Shown here one piece after another: positions 58,961 through 64,000 of a stretch of 64,000 bases of DNA (its first letter is position 1; every line of letters starts with the position of its first letter). Source of the DNA: the human T2T-CHM13v2.0 reference genome, Homo sapiens. The translations under genes were made by a program, and so were the position numbers. The stretch is from NCBI RefSeq assembly GCF_009914755.1, contig NC_060925.1. One strand, written 5' to 3'. The notes beneath the pieces are model-generated. The model was not told where the DNA came from. It did no database searches and worked only from the letters and a program-made list of their open reading frames with translations.

Positions 58961-60052
58961 GCTCTTTTGCAATGTTGGGTAACTGAAGATGCTCGATGAA
59001 TGCCTGACTACTCATCAGGCTTCCTATTCTAGCATGCAGTCTGCATGAAGGCAGGCCTGTTTCTTTTTGCTCCTTCCTTGGGAAAACTGTCAGCTCTAGA
59101 ACTCTCATCTCAACTCTTGATATCCATCCAGCTTCCTGGAGATGGGCTACCCACCAGAAGTCAGCGACCAGAGAAAACCTCCACTTCACAAATGCACATT
59201 GACACTGTAAGCAGTGGAATAAATTGGCCTGTTTTCATTGCAGAAAAATAAGCATATTCTGAAATGATAGAAGCTCCCCGTCAATTAGGGAAATTAACAT
59301 CCCTCTCTGTGGTTGGTGCTATTGCTGCACTTCATTTGCCTGACCCAAAGCACAGCAGTTTCTTTTTCATGAGCCGTTCCAGTTGGAAAGTAAATAGGAT
59401 TTTTGGGGTCTTCTTTCTGTGGGTCCTGCTCCAGACTGGGCTCTCAATTCTGCCTGTGGTGTCCTCACAGAGTGAGATGGGAGGCAGATGCACATTGGGG
59501 AAAGTTGCGGTTGTGCTATTTGGAGCAAGTAATAATAGACATAGTAAAGCACAAATTAAGAACTGTTCTTGCACAACATGCCCAGCTGTCTCTAGTGAGG
59601 AACAGCAGGCGAGTAGATCTACTGGACTGGATCAATAAGTCCCATTGGTTAAAATGATCGGGGCAAAATGATTAAGAAATCCGAGTTTCAGTTTACTTAG
59701 TAAGAAAATACAGGCATATCTCAGAAATATTGCAGGTTCAGTTCTGGGCCACTGCAATAAAGCAAGTATCATAATAAAGCAGGTCACACACATTTTTTTT
59801 GGTTCCCTAGTACGTATAAAAGTTATATTTGCACTATGCAAGTCTATTAAGTGTACAATAATATTTTGTCTAAAAAAAGATGTACATACCTGAATTAAAA
59901 AATACTTTAGTGCTAAAAAATGCTTACCATGATCTGAGCCTTCAGTGAGTCATAATATTCTTCCTGCTGGAGGGTCTTGCCTCAGTATTGATGGCTGCTG
60001 ACTGATCAGGGTGGTGGTTGCTGAAGGTTGGGGTGGCTGTGGCAATTTCTTC

Positions 60053-60265
60053 CTTTTTTTTGTGAGATGGGGTTCTTGCTTTGTCATCCTGGCTAGAGTG
60101 CAGTGGTGCAATCATAGCACCCTGTAACTTCAAATTCCTGGGCTCAAGTAATGTTCTTGCTTCAGCCTTCTGCCTCAGTTTCCCAAATAGCAAGGACTAC
60201 AGGCTATTCTTGGATAACTTTTAAAAAGTTTTTTAGAAACAAGGTCTCACTATGTTGTCCAGACT
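60053..60265 (-). mobile_element. 5'-truncated AluJ
   Basis: gagtgcagtggtgcaatcatagc...tcctgggctcaagtaat...aaggtctcactatgttgtccagact. Confidence 0.85.
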
Positions 60266-60276
60266 ATGTGAGCAAT

Positions 60277-60584
<308 letters not shown>

Positions 60585-62799
60585 ACAGTTTTTAAAAATA
60601 AGAAAACAATGAAGTTTTCCACATCAGTGGACTATTCCTTTCCCCAAAAATTTCTGTCTAGCATGCAATACTGTTAGATAACATTTTACCCACAGTAGAA
60701 CTTCTGTCAAAATTGGAGTCAATCCTCTCAAGCCCTGTCACTGCTTTATCAACTTATTTTATGGAATATTCTATATCCTTTTTTGTCATTTCAACAACAT
60801 TCCTAGCATCTTAACCAGGAGTAGATTCCATCTCAAGAAATCCTTTCTTTGCTTATCCATAGGAAGCAACTCCTCATCCATTTAAGTTTTATCATGAGAT
60901 TTTGCAGCAATTCAGTTAAAGCTCCAGGCTCCACCTGTAATTCTAGTTCTCTTGCAATTTCTACCACATCCACAGGTCCTTCCTCCACTGAAGTTTCGAA
61001 CCCTCAAAGTCATCCATGGGGTTTGGAATCAACTTCATTCAAGCTCCTGTTACTGTTGCTATCCTAACCTCCTTTCATGAATCATGAATGCTCCTAATGA
61101 CATCTAAAATGGTGAATCCTTTCCAGAAGGTTTTCTATTTACTTTGCCCAGATCCAAAAGAGGAATCACTGTCTATGGGAGCTCTAGCTCTGTGAGATGT
61201 ATTTTGTAAATAATAAGCCTTGAAAGTTGACTTTACTCGTTGGTCTATCAGCTACAGGATTGATGTTGTGTTAGCAGGCATGAAAATCTCCTGTATATCT
61301 CCATCAGAGCTCCTGGGTGACCAGGTGCATTGTCAATGAGCAGTAATCATTTGAAAAGAATAACCTTTTTTTCTGAGCAATAGGTCTTAACAGTGGGCTT
61401 AAAATATTCAGTAAACCATGCTATAAACAGATGTGCTGTCATACAGGCTTTGTTTTTCCATCCATAGAGCACAGGCAGAGTAGAGTTAACATAATTCTTA
61501 AGGAGTCTAGGATTTGTGAACATTGGCTTGTACTTAAAAGTTACCAGCTGCATTAGTTCCTAACAAGAGAGTCAGCCCATTCTTTGAAGCCAGGCATTGA
61601 CTTCTCTCCAGCTATGAAAGCCCTACATGGCATCTTCTTTCAATAGAAGGCTATCTCATATGCATTGAAAATCTGTTGTTTAGAGTAGCCACCTTCATCA
61701 ATGATCTTAGCTAGATATTCGGGATAACTTGCTGTAGCTTCTCCACCAGCACTTGCTGCTTCACCTTGCACTTTTATGTCGTGGAAAGGATTTCTTTCCT
61801 TAAACCTCATGAACCAACCTCTGCTAGTTTCCAACTTTTCTTTTGCAGCTTCCTTACATTTCTCAGCCTTCATAGAATTGAAGAGAGTTATGGTCTTGCT
61901 CTGGACTAGGCTTTGGCTTAGAGAATGTTGTGGTTGTTTGACCTTCTATCTGGGCTACTCAACTTTTCTTCATTTCAGCAATAGGGCTGTTTTGCTTTCC
62001 TATCATTCATGTGTTCACTGGAGTAGCACTTTTAATTTCCCTCAAGAGATTTTTTTTTTCCATTCATAACTTGGCTAACAGTTTGGTGCAAGAGACCTAG
62101 CTTTCAACCTATCTTTGGCTTTGGACATACCTTCCTCACTAAACGTAATCATTCATCCCTAGTTTTTGATTTAAAGTGAGAGACAGGAAACTTCCTTTTA
62201 CTTTAACTTTTAGAGGGCATTGTAGGGTTATTAGTTAGCTTAATTTCAATATTGTTGTGTCTCAGGGAATAGGGAGGTTGAAGAAGAGGAAGAGAGACAA
62301 GGAATTGCTGGTTAGTGGAGCAGTCAGAAGGCACACAACATTTCGCGATTAAGTTTTGCTGTCTTATATGGGTGCAGTTCGTGGAGCCCCCAAACAATTA
62401 CAATGGTAACATCAAAGATCATTGATCACAGATCACCATAACAGATTTAATAATAATGAAAGTGTTTGACATATTGTGAGAATTGCCAAAATGAGACACA
62501 GAGACACAAAATGAGCACGTTCTGTTGGAAAAATGGCACCAATACACTTGCCCAATGCAGGGTTGCCACAGACCTTCAATTTGTTAAAACAAACGCAAAC
62601 AAACAACAAAAACCCCATGGTGTCTGCAAAGCATAAAAATGTGAAGTCCAATAAAAGAGGTATTCCTGTATCCATAATGCTTACTGATTAAAAAAAAATC
62701 CACAATGCCTGAGACTATCCTTTGAGGAAGCTTACGTTTAATAACCACAAACCATTAAAAGCCCTGGGTGAATCTTTGAGAACACAGAGCCAAATAAGA

Positions 62800-63030
62800 T
62801 AAAGGACACATATTCAAGGAGTGCTGTGTCTAGTGGGAGAGACAGCTGTGTGGAGACTAGGAATGGTATATGACCCATTGCACAAGCTGTGTGTGAGCAA
62901 CATGGGCCAGTGCTCCATGAACAGATGGCATGAAAGGGAGGGCCTGGGCAAAACTTTACTGGAAAGGTTACCTTTGAACATGTGCTGCAGGCTAAGCAAA
63001 ATTTGCCAGGTGGAGCAGGGAATCTCCAGT
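62800..63030 (-). mobile_element. L2 fragment
   Basis: tcaaggagtgctgtgtctagtgggagagaca...aaactttactggaaagg...tttgccaggtgga. Confidence 0.5.
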
Positions 63031-64000
63031 TTTGGGGCCAAAGCTTCATGGAGGAGTTCCTGAGCCTAGAGTAGGTTGTGTTCTTGAGATTTCTCCCTTA
63101 GCCCTCAACTTTGGGACTTTGTCTTCTTCCTTTCCACCTTGTTTGCCTCCCTCTGTGGATAGGGAGACACGATTTAATACATTTCCGTTGAGAATGTTGA
63201 AAGATCAGGAGGAATAATTGATCCACTTATAAAAGTCTCCACATGAGGACAGTGACTCTGTGGCACAGCATCTCCTTAGCAAGTCTACGGGAGGCATTGC
63301 TGATTAACTTGGTATGTTGTCTGCTGAGCCCTGACTCAGCCCCTAAATCTTTCTTACCACAGTGTTCCAGGAAGCTTCCACCAATCCAAGTCACCAGGTG
63401 AGGGAAAAGTTATTTGCTATGTCCATTCCAGTCAGTCTTCATTGATCTTGTTGGGCATACATGTCCTGCAGGGAGCAGAGTCCCCCTCCCGCTGGGGGAG
63501 AACAAGGACAGAGCCAGTGTCCCCATCTTCAGAAGGATGGGACAGGCCATTGCAGTGAGTGGTACAACACAGGTGGCATCCCCAGAAGTAGAAACTCCTA
63601 TCTCCAGCTTTGGTCGTGTCCTTTCTCTCTCAGTGTATGCTGCTCTTTCTCTCTAAATTTTTGACTTTGAGTCCTCTTCATTCTCCATGTGTGAGGCATC
63701 ATGAGCTACAGAGATGATGAGAGGTAAAACATGAAAAAACTAGGCATACTTTATAACTTAAGAGTCCCTTACTGTCTGAGTCTTAAGGGTTTCTTAATGT
63801 CTTGAGAGCAACAGGGCAAGCATTCAGGACATAGTTAAGAAAGTATACTATTTCAACAATGTGCATAGATTCTGTAGTAATTTTTAACACCATATAATAG
63901 CGATTATTTTGAATGCTATTTACTAGGTAATACATGATTATGTGCCAGCATGAACAGGCAGTTAAATCCCACAGGTAATTCACTGGAAAGATATAGCTTG

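Overview
This is primate, most likely human, non-coding genomic DNA (intronic or intergenic) dominated by interspersed repeats. It contains 11 Alus, a 3.8-kb 5'-truncated L1PA, several old L1M pieces, many L2/MIR relics, MaLR LTRs (MST, THE1, MLT1), two solo LTR47-like ERVL LTRs and DNA transposons (two near-full-length Tigger1, Tigger3b, Tigger2a, MER1B, MER63A, MER94). I can support no host protein-coding exon, RNA gene or CRISPR array. The only recognisable proteins in the ORF track are broken L1 ORF2p and Tigger1 transposase. Family names come from my recollection of consensus sequences, not from a search, so subfamily labels and old-repeat boundaries are approximate. I found no evidence of a new biological system. 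The best leads are candidate cis-regulatory elements: (1) an LTR47 that keeps its TATA box but has lost its poly(A) signal, followed by a CpG/RUNX-rich stretch and a consensus splice donor (12764-13681); (2) a dense SOX/FOX motif cluster (27620-28290); (3) a HOX/CDX motif cluster (32170-32670). Several details of transposon history are also worth checking.
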